Numbered from the stretch's first letter, positions 20,212 to 30,813 are shown. The stretch: DNA of 64,000 nucleotides from Promethearchaeota archaeon (GCA_019057795.1 JAHLWS010000060.1:15432-79431), one strand, 5' to 3'. Made by a program: numbers and translations. The notes: generated by a model from the letters alone, not told the origin.

Positions 20212-21399
20212 TTAAAAATATTCTTTTAATCGAAACCACCTATACGATCTAATCCCCTGCGTTACTTCATTTAATTTTTCTCTCATCAATTTTAATAATA
20301 AATGCGTGGGATAGTACTTTAATAGAGCATTAACTTGATTAAAAATAACCCATCTTAATTTCAGCGTGTATTGAAACTCCGAATAAAGATATTTAGTTAA
20401 TAAATGTAAATAGAATGTGGTAGATTTTTTTACATTTTGTAAATTTTTTAAAATTGCGTAAGAGGCGAATTCAGCGGTTTTTTGTGAGTAATAGATTCCC
20501 TCACCCCAAAACGGGTCAGCAATACCCGCTGCATCACCTATTAAAATTACTTTATTTTTATAAATAGGAGTGACCTTGAAATTTCCATAGGGGATTGGGT
20601 GCCCATATATTTCGGAAACAACTTCTGGATTTATACCCAACGCAGATATGAAATTGTGCAACGCCTTTTTGAAAAAGCCTTTATTTTTTCTAATGAGACC
20701 TCCAACGCCAAGAATTACTTTATCTTTATTTGGAAACAACCAATTATATCCATATTTTAAAAACCCAAACGAAATCATAGGATAATTAAAAAGGTCTTTA
20801 TCTAAATCCTTTCTGTCAATAAAACACTCAAGTCCTGTAGCTAAATTATAATTCCATTGTTCTTTTCTAATTATTCGATTACGGATAAATTCTTGCTTTA
20901 CTATACTATTAGCTCCATCAGCGCCTATGATAAAATTTGATTTAAATTTATCACCTTTCGATAAACTTACTTCACAAGCGTCTAGATTTACCTTATCTAC
21001 TTTATCTCCTTCGATTACATCTACACCTGCTTCTTTCGCCTTGTTCAAAAGGAAATTGTCATATACTACTCTATCCACTAAGTAAAAAGGAAACTGGGAA
21101 CTATTACTTGACATAATCCTTTCTACTTTATAATTAATTTCAAAACGATCCGTAACATAATTTATAATATGCTTATCCAGAAGTGATTCCACCGTCTCGC
21201 CGAACACTCTCTTTAAAAGCTTAAAGGTTTTAAAGGTAAGGATGCCTCCACATAGTTTTTGTCGAGGAAATATATCTTTATCGATTATCTGTACATTGAG
21301 TCCGAGTCTCTTTAACAAATAACCCGCAGTAGATCCACCTGGACCTCCACCAACTATGGTAACATCGTAATCAACACTTTGTTGAGATATTTTATTCAC
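20212..21399 (-). CDS. Geranylgeranyl reductase family FAD-dependent oxidoreductase
   Basis: GGGPGG, FPRQKLCGG, GADGANS, YNWLFP, GDAAG..DPFWGEGI. Confidence 0.9.
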   Translation of the reverse strand: MNKISQQSVDYDVTIVGGGPGGSTAGYLLKRLGLNVQIIDKDIFPRQKLCGGILTFKTFKLLKRVFGETVESLLDKHIINYVTDRFEINYKVERIMSSNSSQFPFYLVDRVVYDNFLLNKAKEAGVDVIEGDKVDKVNLDACEVSLSKGDKFKSNFIIGADGANSIVKQEFIRNRIIRKEQWNYNLATGLECFIDRKDLDKDLFNYPMISFGFLKYGYNWLFPNKDKVILGVGGLIRKNKGFFKKALHNFISALGINPEVVSEIYGHPIPYGNFKVTPIYKNKVILIGDAAGIADPFWGEGIYYSQKTAEFASYAILKNLQNVKKSTTFYLHLLTKYLYSEFQYTLKLRWVIFNQVNALLKYYPTHLLLKLMREKLNEVTQGIRSYRWFRLKEYF

Positions 21400-21646
21400 C
21401 TAATTTATTTGAAATGACTTCTATTCTTTATCCTATAAAAATAAAAATATGATCAATAGTTAACATGTTTTTTTATTTATAGTTTTAAGTTTTAATTTAA
21501 AGTAAATTAATTTAAAGATAAATTTAGGCATTGTATATTTTCATAGATAAAGCTTAAAAACTAAAATTACATATAAAATCATTGTAAGAAGTTCAATTGA
21601 AACGATATTTTTAGCAATAATATTGAACTACTAAATTAATGAGATC

Positions 21647-21955
21647 ATGAGTATGTTAGAAAAACAGTTTCTACTATTTAAAATAGACGAAGAAAATGAA
21701 GATTTCGAGGCAATAGAAATTGAAGTTAGCCCCACACATGCTCTATTAGACTCAAATTATATTTACATAATTGTGGTTCCAATAGATAAGGAGATTATGA
21801 TTTGGCATGGCAGCAATGCAACTATAAGAATGAAGTTTATAGCAACTCAAAAAGCACCAACAATACGAGACAAATACGGAGTCGATTTTAAAATTTCAGC
21901 TGTAGAACAAGGAGAGGAATCTTCTGGATTCAAAGAAATAGTAGGTTTAGAATGA
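21647..21955 (+). CDS. Single-domain gelsolin-like protein (Asgard eukaryotic signature protein)
   Basis: LLDSNYIYII...IMIWHGSNAT...VEQGEESSGF matches the gelsolin repeat pattern (W-x-G and E-G-x-E-x-x-x-F). Confidence 0.8.
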   Translation: MSMLEKQFLLFKIDEENEDFEAIEIEVSPTHALLDSNYIYIIVVPIDKEIMIWHGSNATIRMKFIATQKAPTIRDKYGVDFKISAVEQGEESSGFKEIVGLE

Positions 21956-22245
21956 AGTTAATTGAAGTTTCTATAATAATTATTAATACTAAATTAAAAG
22001 TTTAAGCCATAATATGTAGATGTAATTCTAAATATTATTAATGTATGTCAAAACTTTCGTGAAATTAATCTTTCACGAATAATACTTTTTTTAAGTTTAT
22101 TTGTGTATCCAATTTTTTTTTAATAAAAATTTAAATACAAGTTTTTTCGCCATATATTTAATGCTTAAATGACATTCTTACCCTTTTGAAAAAGCTTAAA
22201 GAACATTTTGATAAGAAAGACCTAAATAGTTAAAATAAATATAAA

Positions 22246-23127
22246 GTGAGGAATATCGTAAATAAAACGAAAGCTTCAAAAAGAAGATTTAAAAAAGCAG
22301 AAGATATAATAAAAAAAGAAATAGAAAAGTCAAAGAATTACCTTAATATTGCTGGTGTGATTATTTTAGCTCTTGATACAGAAGGTAATATTATGTTACT
22401 AAATAAAAAAGGTCATAGAATACTTCAATACAACGAAGGAGAATTAATAGGAAGAAATTGGTTTAAAACATGCCTTCCTAAACGATATAGAGAAAATACT
22501 TATGAAACTTTCAATAAATTAATACAAGGCCAACTTGAACTCACAGAGTTTTACGAAAACCCCATATTGACCAAAAATGGAGATGAAAGAATAATTGCTT
22601 GGCATAACTCTTTATTATTTGACAGTAATGGAAATGTAATTGGAACATTAAGTTCAGGAGAAGACATCACCGAGCGCAAAAGAGCAGAGGAAAATTTAAA
22701 AGATTCTGAAGAAAAATATCGATATTTATTTGATAGCGCCCAAGTTGGGTTATATTGGTCAAAAATTAGTGATGGTAACTTTTTAGAATGTAATGATACT
22801 TTTGCCAAATTATTTGGATATGATACGCGAGAGGAATTTTTAGCAAATTATAATGCTATTGAGCATTACCTTGATCCAAATGCGCGGAGTGAACTATTAG
22901 AAGAAATCCGTGACAATAAAGAAATTAAGAATTATGAAATACATGTCACCAAAAGAGATGGTACTCCAATTTGGGTGAGTATATCTGCTCGAATGTTTGA
23001 AAATGAAAACCGTATTGAAGGTGCTGCTATTGATATCACCGAACGCAAGATAGCAGAGAGGGAACTGCAACTTGAGCGAGATAACTTCATAAATATTTTA
23101 AATTCAACGAGGGAAAAGGGAGTATAA
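22246..23127 (+). pseudogene. PAS-PAS sensor protein, C-terminally truncated (no output domain)
   Basis: Two PAS/PAC domains (GEDITERK, AIDITERK); ends at the start of a third PAS linker. Confidence 0.7.
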
Positions 23128-23296
23128 CTAAGGTTTCTGGAATAAGTCCTCCTTCTCCTGAAAGAACAGTAATTGTTTTAATTCCTATATAAAGTCTATC
23201 AGATTGGGGTATATCTCCTAATAAAACTACAGGATTAGGACCAACCTCCTCGTTCATCTCAGTGTATAAAATTCCATTAATTAGTTCTGTCTCCAT
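23087..23296 (-). pseudogene. Truncated N-terminal longin/uDENN-like domain, paralog of the 60757 N-terminus
   Basis: LINGILYTEMNEEVGPNP...IGIKTITVLSGE..IPETLVILPFPSLNLK aligns to LINAIVYTEIHDALGPNP...IGIKTVTILTGD..TPESLFIIPFPSLRLK. Confidence 0.8.
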
Positions 23297-23449
23297 TTTA
23301 GCGTGATATTAAAGTGATTATTATCAATTAATTTTTACTTGATTTCTTAATATAGTTATGATTGAAAAATATAAATATTAACGGTTTTCAATTTTAATAT
23401 TGATAGAGTTATGAGTTAATAACTTTTTTTAATGAGCAATTCAAAAAAG

Positions 23450-23550
23450 TGGGAAAGGAGGGAATTGAACCCCCGATCGCTCAGTTCCGAACCGAGATTT
23501 ACGCTGAGATCAAAGGATCTCAGAATCATACCAAGCTAGACCACCTTCCC
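23450..23550 (-). tRNA. tRNA-Pro(CGG) with 27-nt non-canonical intron at position 25/26 (23498..23524)
   Basis: Acceptor stem GGGAAGG/CTTTCCC, anticodon arm CTCGG-TTCGGAA-CTGAG, T arm GGGGG-TTCAATT-CCCTC; bulge-helix-bulge with central helix TATG/CGTA and bulges ATT/AAT. Confidence 0.92.
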
Positions 23551-23636
23551 AGCGCCAATCTTAGCTATAATTGAAATTGAGGATTAATTAGGTAATAATA
23601 ATGAAAAAGAATTATAATTAAGGTATCCTAATGTTA

Positions 23637-23918
23637 TTAATCTTTAATATTTTCAAGCAAGGAAATTATCCGGTATATTGTTGTACGACTATGAAAGGGA
23701 ATATTAGCATCTTGTGCTAAATCATTAATCATATACATAACATTACTTGCAAGAACCGCAGGTGTATCGTCATCTCGTTGTAATTCGTCAATTCCTTTTT
23801 GAGCGACACGTTTTATATTTCTCGGTACGCCTCGGTCGTTAATCATTCCATTTAAAAGAAACTCAACATTTTTAAAAGTTTCAAGTATATCTTCAGTAAA
23901 TTCCTTTCCTCTTGGCAA
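23637..23918 (-). CDS. UPF0147 family protein
   Basis: DRGVPRNIKR...DANIPFHSRT, the archaeal UPF0147 pattern. Confidence 0.85.
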   Translation of the reverse strand: MPRGKEFTEDILETFKNVEFLLNGMINDRGVPRNIKRVAQKGIDELQRDDDTPAVLASNVMYMINDLAQDANIPFHSRTTIYRIISLLENIKD

Positions 23919-24061
23919 AATAACTCACCAATTTTTTTATTTTAAGCGTAAATTTAATTAGAAAAACTCAGATACTTAACTTTTTTAAATATTAATTGAA
24001 ATTTAATTTTTTTGATTTTAAGAAATAGTTTAAATAAATGTTTTAAATTATTATTCAAAGA

Positions 24062-26971
24062 TCAAAATATTCCAAATTCTCGTATTTTTTTCGTAAGTTT
24101 TGGGAATAACTCTTCTAGCTCTTCGATTTGTTTGTTGAATTTGTTGTATAGTTGATTAAAAGTTTTAATTTCACCTAGATTAAGTTCTTTAATAAAATCA
24201 TATGAAATTTCAGATACCTCTTTAAAAGTATTATCAAATTTTTCGGTGATTTCTTTTAATTCCTTATCAATTGCTTTTCTTTGTTTTCGCAACATATTTC
24301 TTAATTTTCCCCGGGGAGTTCTAATCTTTTCAATTAGGACATCACATTTATCTAAAAATTGATATGTTTTCGCTCTGCTTTCTTCAGATAATTTCGCTTC
24401 AATTATTTCAGTTCTCCAAGTATTAATTCTCCCACGCGCATATGTATCAAAATTTAAAGAAATGGAATCAATCCCTTCGCGTACTAAAAATCTGAGAAAT
24501 TCTGGGTCATCGCTTGGAGCCTGCCCACATATTCCCACCTTTTTATTTCTTTCGTGAGCAATTTTAATAAGATGGCTAATTGCTCTCCTTATTGCTTCAC
24601 TGTTAGTAATATAGTTAAATTGTTTTGCAATAGGAATTAATTTTTGATTATCTCTACCCGCACCATATATTAATTGGGTCAAATCGTTTGAGCCTATAGA
24701 AAAACCATCGAAATAATCACAGAATATGTCCGCAAGAAAAATATTTGAAGGGATCTCTGCCATACAGTATAGTTGCAATCCATCTTTTCCTCTAACCAAA
24801 TCTTCGTTTTCCATTATTTGTTGAATGTGTTGCGCCTCTTCAGGCGTCCTACAGAATGGAATCATCGGAATAATATTTGTTAAACCCCATTCTCGAGCTT
24901 TGGCGATTGCACGTAGTTCTAATATAAAAGCATTTTGGAAATCATTGGATACATAACGAGAAGCACCTCGAAAGCCTAGCATAGGATTATTTTCATCGCT
25001 TTCGTAAATCCAACCCCCAAGAAGGTTCCTATACTCGTTTGTTTTAAAATCAGAGAGTCTTACTACACACGGGGCAATGCTCCCGTCTCTTAATTTTTTC
25101 CAAACCCCCGCAGCTATAGTTGCAATACCTTCCGCTAATTTTTCTACATAAAAGTCTTCTTTGTCGGAATAACCAATAGTTGATTCTCTTATTTTATCTA
25201 TCGTTTGTTTTAATTTTCTAATTTCTTGATTGAAGGGATCTTTACGATGTAAATCGCTTTTCTTAATGTTTTCAATCCTTTTTCTTTGTTCCAATAAGAC
25301 ATCATATCTCATTACTAAAGCGTCAAAATCTATTAACGCATTTGGGTGAATTTGAATCTCGTCGTTAATTATAAATTCTAACCTTGCTAAACCGGTGCCA
25401 TCAGGATACTTTCCGGAAGATAAAGCACCCTTAGGAATTCCTAAGTTAACTAAAACTTGGGTTTTTGTGCTTGGAAGTTGTGCGAATTCGATCGTATCGA
25501 AATCGTATTCTACTTCTTTAAGCCAGATTCGAGGTTCTCCTTCGCTGCAATCGATGGTAACGCTTTCGAGACCATCACGTTGTTTTTCTTTAATAATTTC
25601 GACGATATTATCTGCTCCTACTATCGATGCGATATTTAATTCTCTGGAGACGATCGCTGCGTGACATGTCGGGCCACCTCGTTCAGTTATCACGCCTCCT
25701 AAGTTTTGCATATACGATGTCCAATCAGGGTTAGTCTCTTCGGTGATTAAAATATCTCCTTCTTCTAGTAAATGAGCGTTGTTAATTGTTTCGATTACTT
25801 TGACTTTACCATAACCAATTCGACGTCCTATTGCAGTTCCTGAATTTTCAACCAAATAACCGTCTTCAGTTAATTTTTTAGGATTTTCTAATAAATAAAA
25901 GATTTCCTCAGTATCTCCTTTTTGTGAGTGGACCGTTTCAGGCCGTGCTTGAACGATGTAAATCTTGCCATTATTTCCTAAAGCCCATTCTATATCCATT
26001 GGTTGGTTGTAATGACTTCTAATTTTGATGGCATATCTTGCTAAAATTTTGACTTGCTCTTCATTTAAACAATATTGTTTTTGTCTTTCTAATTCAACAG
26101 GGAGGGTCATTGTACCGCCTTTCTGTTTGTCAAAAATCATTATTTGTTCCTTTTTTACTAAATCCTTACTAATTATCGGTAAATTTGGATCGTGTTTAAA
26201 GACAATGAACTCATCTCCTTTTTCTATTCCTTGAACGATAAGTTCTCCAAGCCCCCAAGTGCCTCTAATAGTTATTACGTTAGGGTTTCCCGAATCGGGG
26301 TCTTCTGTAAACATAACGCCCGATGTTTTTACTCCTTCCAACCCTCCAGCAATCTCTTGCACGCCAACGCTAAGTTTAACGGAAAAGTGGTCAAAACCAG
26401 CTCTCTCTCGATACATAGTTGCTCTTGTCGTAAAAACGGAAGCCATATCTTTAAGTACATATTCTAAAATTTGATTTTCTCCCGAAATATTGAGGTGCGT
26501 ATCTTGTTGACCCGCAAACGAGGCATCAGGTAAATCCTCTGCTGTCGCTGAGCTTCTAATGGCAAAGGTGCTTTCACCTCCAATTCGCTCGATCAATTTA
26601 TGGTAAGCTTCTATTATCTCATCAGCTAAACTATCTGGAATTTTAGCTTGTTCTATTACATACCGGATGTTGGCACAAAATTTATCGACTTTTTGAATGG
26701 ATTTGATATCTTCTTTTTTAAGCTCTTTAGAAATCTTGTTGATATCCCGCTTAATATATTCTTTTAGAGTTATCTCCTCGTCTTTAATTCTAAAATAATT
26801 AGTTTCTAGAATGTAATCGTAAGCTTTAGCGGTGACGGCAAAACCAAGCGGAACTGGAATACCAAACGATAAAAGTTCTCCTAAGGACGCGTTTTTTCCA
26901 CCGACAATATCTACGTCATTTTTTCTTATATCATCAAAAAATTTAATGTATCGAAAATCATATTCAGTCAT
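24062..26971 (-). CDS. ppsA: Phosphoenolpyruvate synthase (pyruvate, water dikinase) with C-terminal helical extension
   Basis: VGGKNASLGE, RSSATAEDLPDASFAGQQDT, GGPTCHAAIVSRE phospho-His motif, DGFSIGSNDLTQL, GICGQAPSD. Confidence 0.95.
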   Translation of the reverse strand: MTEYDFRYIKFFDDIRKNDVDIVGGKNASLGELLSFGIPVPLGFAVTAKAYDYILETNYFRIKDEEITLKEYIKRDINKISKELKKEDIKSIQKVDKFCANIRYVIEQAKIPDSLADEIIEAYHKLIERIGGESTFAIRSSATAEDLPDASFAGQQDTHLNISGENQILEYVLKDMASVFTTRATMYRERAGFDHFSVKLSVGVQEIAGGLEGVKTSGVMFTEDPDSGNPNVITIRGTWGLGELIVQGIEKGDEFIVFKHDPNLPIISKDLVKKEQIMIFDKQKGGTMTLPVELERQKQYCLNEEQVKILARYAIKIRSHYNQPMDIEWALGNNGKIYIVQARPETVHSQKGDTEEIFYLLENPKKLTEDGYLVENSGTAIGRRIGYGKVKVIETINNAHLLEEGDILITEETNPDWTSYMQNLGGVITERGGPTCHAAIVSRELNIASIVGADNIVEIIKEKQRDGLESVTIDCSEGEPRIWLKEVEYDFDTIEFAQLPSTKTQVLVNLGIPKGALSSGKYPDGTGLARLEFIINDEIQIHPNALIDFDALVMRYDVLLEQRKRIENIKKSDLHRKDPFNQEIRKLKQTIDKIRESTIGYSDKEDFYVEKLAEGIATIAAGVWKKLRDGSIAPCVVRLSDFKTNEYRNLLGGWIYESDENNPMLGFRGASRYVSNDFQNAFILELRAIAKAREWGLTNIIPMIPFCRTPEEAQHIQQIMENEDLVRGKDGLQLYCMAEIPSNIFLADIFCDYFDGFSIGSNDLTQLIYGAGRDNQKLIPIAKQFNYITNSEAIRRAISHLIKIAHERNKKVGICGQAPSDDPEFLRFLVREGIDSISLNFDTYARGRINTWRTEIIEAKLSEESRAKTYQFLDKCDVLIEKIRTPRGKLRNMLRKQRKAIDKELKEITEKFDNTFKEVSEISYDFIKELNLGEIKTFNQLYNKFNKQIEELEELFPKLTKKIREFGIF

Positions 26972-27129
26972 AGCTAACTTATATTAGGTTAATTCTTATA
27001 TTAATTTATTTTAAGTTTTTGATGCTTAATAAAATTATAAATAAATTGTACTAGTTAAAAAGGCTGTTTTTTATTTTAAAAAGTAAAATTAGTATGGCAT
27101 ACCATAAAAGTATGGTATTTCATAATTAA

Positions 27130-27648
27130 CTAATTTAATTCTTTTTTAAAAATTTTAAAATCTGGTTTTGAATATAAACAAAAAACAACTTCCTCAATTT
27201 GAGTTTCTCCAGATAAGTATTCTTTCGCAGTAGAAATCATTATTTTAGCACATTTCTCTATAGGATACCCAAAAATACCCGTGGATATCGCTGGAAACGC
27301 GATGTTTCTTAATTCGTGCTCATCCATCAATTTAAGGCTATTTATTATGGTATTCTTCAATTTTTCATCTTCATTGCCCTCACCCATACGCGGCCCAATA
27401 GCATGAATAACATGTTTAGCTTTTAAGTTTCCCCCGGTCGTTATAACTGCCCCACCTACGAAATGTCCTCCGATTTTGTTGCATTCTTCTTGAATTAAAG
27501 GCCCTCCTTTACGTCTTATGGCTCCAGCGACTCCGCCTCCCATAATTAATTGGGCGTTTGCAGCGTTCACGATAACATCAGTGTTTAATTCTGTAATATC
27601 TCCTTGAACTAACTTTATTTTAGAATTGCTAATAGTAATTTCATTCAT
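27130..27648 (-). CDS. Macro domain protein (O-acetyl-ADP-ribose deacetylase/MacroD-like)
   Basis: GDIT, IVNAAN, GGGVAGAI, HAIGP, FPAISTGIFGYP. Confidence 0.95.
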   Translation of the reverse strand: MNEITISNSKIKLVQGDITELNTDVIVNAANAQLIMGGGVAGAIRRKGGPLIQEECNKIGGHFVGGAVITTGGNLKAKHVIHAIGPRMGEGNEDEKLKNTIINSLKLMDEHELRNIAFPAISTGIFGYPIEKCAKIMISTAKEYLSGETQIEEVVFCLYSKPDFKIFKKELN

Positions 27649-27693
27649 AATCTCTTATTTCAAATTGCTAATTTGATAATAAAAACAAAAGAA

Positions 27694-28434
27694 TTAATCA
27701 GGTTGAGGTTCTTTCTCCTTTTTTAGAATTTCATCGAGTTTTGCTCGATCCTCGTCGCTCATTTTGCTCATTGCTTCCATGTTTTGCCGCATTAAGTCCA
27801 TCATAACTTTTTGTGAAATTATCTGGCTCAATACAGGTAAAGATATTCTCATTCGAGTTAGCTCGTAAAACATATGTTTTGCCGTTTCCCTCATCTCCTT
27901 TAGATCTTCTTTACTCATACCTTCTTCTCCAATACCAGGGCAATCTACATCAACGACCGTAAAGTTCTTTCCGTCAAATTCTAACGGATATGTTCTGCAA
28001 CTCAAAGGACGGTTATCGTAGACTAAACATTGTTTTTGGTCTTTATTGTATAACGGGCATTTTTCCTCTAATAAATCTTCGATCGGGACGTTTCCAAAGG
28101 GGTCTCTCGGAGTTTTTTCTTCTCCTTCTTTCGGAGAAGGTGGTAAAGGTTTAAAGATCAAATCTATTCCGCCATCTGGTTTGTGATATATGTCTAAATA
28201 TGGTAAGAAATTAGCAACTACTCCATTTTTAGCCCATAGTTCAATATCCCAAAATGTTATTGGTATTGGTCCACGAGTTAAACAACAATTATCACACCGG
28301 GTGCATTTAAAAGTAAATTTTGCTTTGGTTTCTTCAGTTGCGATTTTTTCAGTTGTTTCTTCTTTTTCTTGCTCCTTTTCAGCAATTACTTCATTTTCAT
28401 CGATATTTTCTTTTTTTTCATTACTTTCTTCCAA
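27694..28434 (-). CDS. YkgJ family cysteine-cluster protein
   Basis: CTRCDNCC, CPLY...C.VYDNRPLSCRTYP, CPG. Confidence 0.85.
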   Translation of the reverse strand: MEESNEKKENIDENEVIAEKEQEKEETTEKIATEETKAKFTFKCTRCDNCCLTRGPIPITFWDIELWAKNGVVANFLPYLDIYHKPDGGIDLIFKPLPPSPKEGEEKTPRDPFGNVPIEDLLEEKCPLYNKDQKQCLVYDNRPLSCRTYPLEFDGKNFTVVDVDCPGIGEEGMSKEDLKEMRETAKHMFYELTRMRISLPVLSQIISQKVMMDLMRQNMEAMSKMSDEDRAKLDEILKKEKEPQPD

Positions 28435-28790
28435 TTTAAATCTCCCTTTTTTTTTTTAAATTTAGTTTTTTATAATTACTCAACAATAAAAATAAAGCCT
28501 TGAAAAAAAATTCTATCATTTTTTTTTATTTTTTTTGAAATATCCCCAATCATCCAATTTTCAAGCCTATATTGAAAATAAAGCTCAAAATCTCGTAAAA
28601 ATGATTAGAGAATGTCTTTAGTATGTATTATATTTAAATAGATTTCTTAACGATTATGTAAGCTTATTTAAAGCGCGAATATAAAGAAATTAACAAATAA
28701 TCTTAAATATAATTGACATTTAAATTTTGTAATAAGTCTTTTTAGAACTAATCAATTATATGTATTAATCATTTTTAGATTCGGGTTGCT

Positions 28791-29870
28791 ATGAAAACTT
28801 TTTTTCACAATAAATATGTTATATGGTTGCTATTTTCAATAATTCTGATTTTAGGCTTCTTTTTTGGTTTATTAATACCAATTATTAAGCCTGAAGTTAA
28901 TAGCGTCATGTTATTAGTTCTAACTCTTGCACTGTTTTTATTTCAATCCCTTTTCATTTTAAAATTTATTAGCGCCGGTTTTGAAAACCGAAGAAAAATT
29001 GGAGTTTTATTACTACATTTTTTTAACTTATTATTTTCAGTAGTTATAGGGCTTTCGATTTCTTTAATGGAATCTACTTCAAAATATAATTTTGGCTTAG
29101 TTATGATACCTTTACTTGTAGTCTTAAGCTATATTATAACTGACAAATATGATAAAACCGGTAAAGAAGTTAGATACGAACAAGAATTAGAAGAAGGAAC
29201 GAAGTCAAATAAGCCCGTTATAGAGTTTGAAAACAAAAAGTATATATTTTCAATTAATTCGCTCGTAATTTTAGCTTTTGGAACTCCAATATTGGCTTAT
29301 CTAATATATTTGTTTTTTGACACGGAACCCCAGTATTGGTTGCATGAAATCGTAGTTAAGCAAACAATATATCTTCTTAATTTATTTTTTGATATGGGAG
29401 TAAGTGCTAATTATTCGCCAACAGGTACACACCATTGGAGCTTTGATTTCGTAGGTGGCAATATTAATGGTGATCCGTTAGGTAGTATTTCTTTTGAAAC
29501 CTTTTGCACAGGAGTGCAGGCAATTTGTGTTTTTGCAGGGATCATTATATGTACTCCCCATTCTCAAGATAGAGAAACTAATAAAGATATTATCTGGAGA
29601 AAAACAAAATCGTTAATAATTTCGTCGTTGATCTTTTATGTGGTAAATATTATTCGCATGTTAATTCAGTTAGAGTTATATTATCTCGGATATCCCTGGG
29701 ATAGCATTCACGTTTCAATTAGCGCTGCAAGTTCTTTTGTCGCAGCTATCATTATTCTCTTATTACACAAGTGGATCCCTGAACTCATTATATCTATCAT
29801 ATATATTGGCACTTTACTTAGTAAGAGATTTAAACTCTTGAAAGAACCTAAAAAAGATAAAAATAATTAA
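28791..29870 (+). CDS. Archaeosortase/exosortase family intramembrane transpeptidase with extra N-terminal TM domain
   Basis: FETFCTG (catalytic Cys), VVNIIRM (Arg), DSIH (His), multiple TM segments. Confidence 0.8.
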   Translation: MKTFFHNKYVIWLLFSIILILGFFFGLLIPIIKPEVNSVMLLVLTLALFLFQSLFILKFISAGFENRRKIGVLLLHFFNLLFSVVIGLSISLMESTSKYNFGLVMIPLLVVLSYIITDKYDKTGKEVRYEQELEEGTKSNKPVIEFENKKYIFSINSLVILAFGTPILAYLIYLFFDTEPQYWLHEIVVKQTIYLLNLFFDMGVSANYSPTGTHHWSFDFVGGNINGDPLGSISFETFCTGVQAICVFAGIIICTPHSQDRETNKDIIWRKTKSLIISSLIFYVVNIIRMLIQLELYYLGYPWDSIHVSISAASSFVAAIIILLLHKWIPELIISIIYIGTLLSKRFKLLKEPKKDKNN

Positions 29871-29901
29871 AATATAACATTAGTTCAATAAATAATCTGT
29901 A

Positions 29902-30813
29902 ATGTTTATTATGCTAAATTTTGAAAAAGAACAAAAAATTATTGAAATTGGAACGACTCGAATCGGAGGACAGCCAGGCGAAAACCCTGTTGTAATGATT
30001 GCCACCGTTTTTTACGCCAATCACGCTGCTTTGTTGGACGAGAAAAAAGGTGAAATCGATAAGAAGCTTGTCGAACAAGAGTTGAACGAATTTTCCGAAA
30101 TTATCGAAGAAACGGGAATGCAAGGGATAGTAGATGTAGTTGGGGGCTATCCAGATGCTTTATTAAAAGAATGTGAATATGTCGCTGATGTCGTTGATTA
30201 CCCTTTCTTAGTTGACGGATTAAACGACGCTTCGCGCATTCCGACAATGGAGGGACTTAAAGAAATTGGTTTATTGGATAGAGCTATTTTAAACAGTATC
30301 GACGACGCTACAAGCGAAGAGAGTTTAAATAAATTAAAAGAAATTGGAGTAAAGCACGCGGTTTTATTAACTTTTGGAAACAGATACATATTTCCTCAGG
30401 CAAAATTAGATTTTCTTAAGAACGAATTAATAGCAAAGGCTCAAAGAGCTAACATTGAAAACATCATGATTGATACCGCAGTGTTAGACTTACCTTCGAT
30501 TGCGATTAATGTTGAGACAACAAGGTTAGTAAAAACTGAATTAGGATTACCCGTAGGATTCGCTCCCGCAAACGCAATTTATGGGTGGAACTTCGTTAAA
30601 AAATACGGCGATTCGGCTAGATGTGGTGGTATTGCGTCATTAATGGCATATTGCGTTAACGCTGGAAGCGATTTTGTGTTATTTGGTCCGGTCAAGTTTG
30701 CTAAGTGTATTATTCCCGCCATGTCTCTCATTTCAGGAATTAATTCGTATTATCGAAAAAGAATTCTACGGAAAAAGATTTCAGATCGGACCCCATTGAA
30801 ACACATATTTTAA
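29902..30813 (+). CDS. mtrH: MtrH/MtgA-family pterin-binding methyltransferase (stand-alone)
   Basis: FEKEQ...IGGQPGENP, PFLVD, LNSI, IDTAVLD, GLPVG.AP.NA, DFVLFGP. Confidence 0.85.
   Translation: MFIMLNFEKEQKIIEIGTTRIGGQPGENPVVMIATVFYANHAALLDEKKGEIDKKLVEQELNEFSEIIEETGMQGIVDVVGGYPDALLKECEYVADVVDYPFLVDGLNDASRIPTMEGLKEIGLLDRAILNSIDDATSEESLNKLKEIGVKHAVLLTFGNRYIFPQAKLDFLKNELIAKAQRANIENIMIDTAVLDLPSIAINVETTRLVKTELGLPVGFAPANAIYGWNFVKKYGDSARCGGIASLMAYCVNAGSDFVLFGPVKFAKCIIPAMSLISGINSYYRKRILRKKISDRTPLKHIF

Noticed and set aside
23300-23450. Integrated element at the tRNA-Pro 3' end
   Set aside because: No integrase and no duplicate of the tRNA 3' end was noticed in the window
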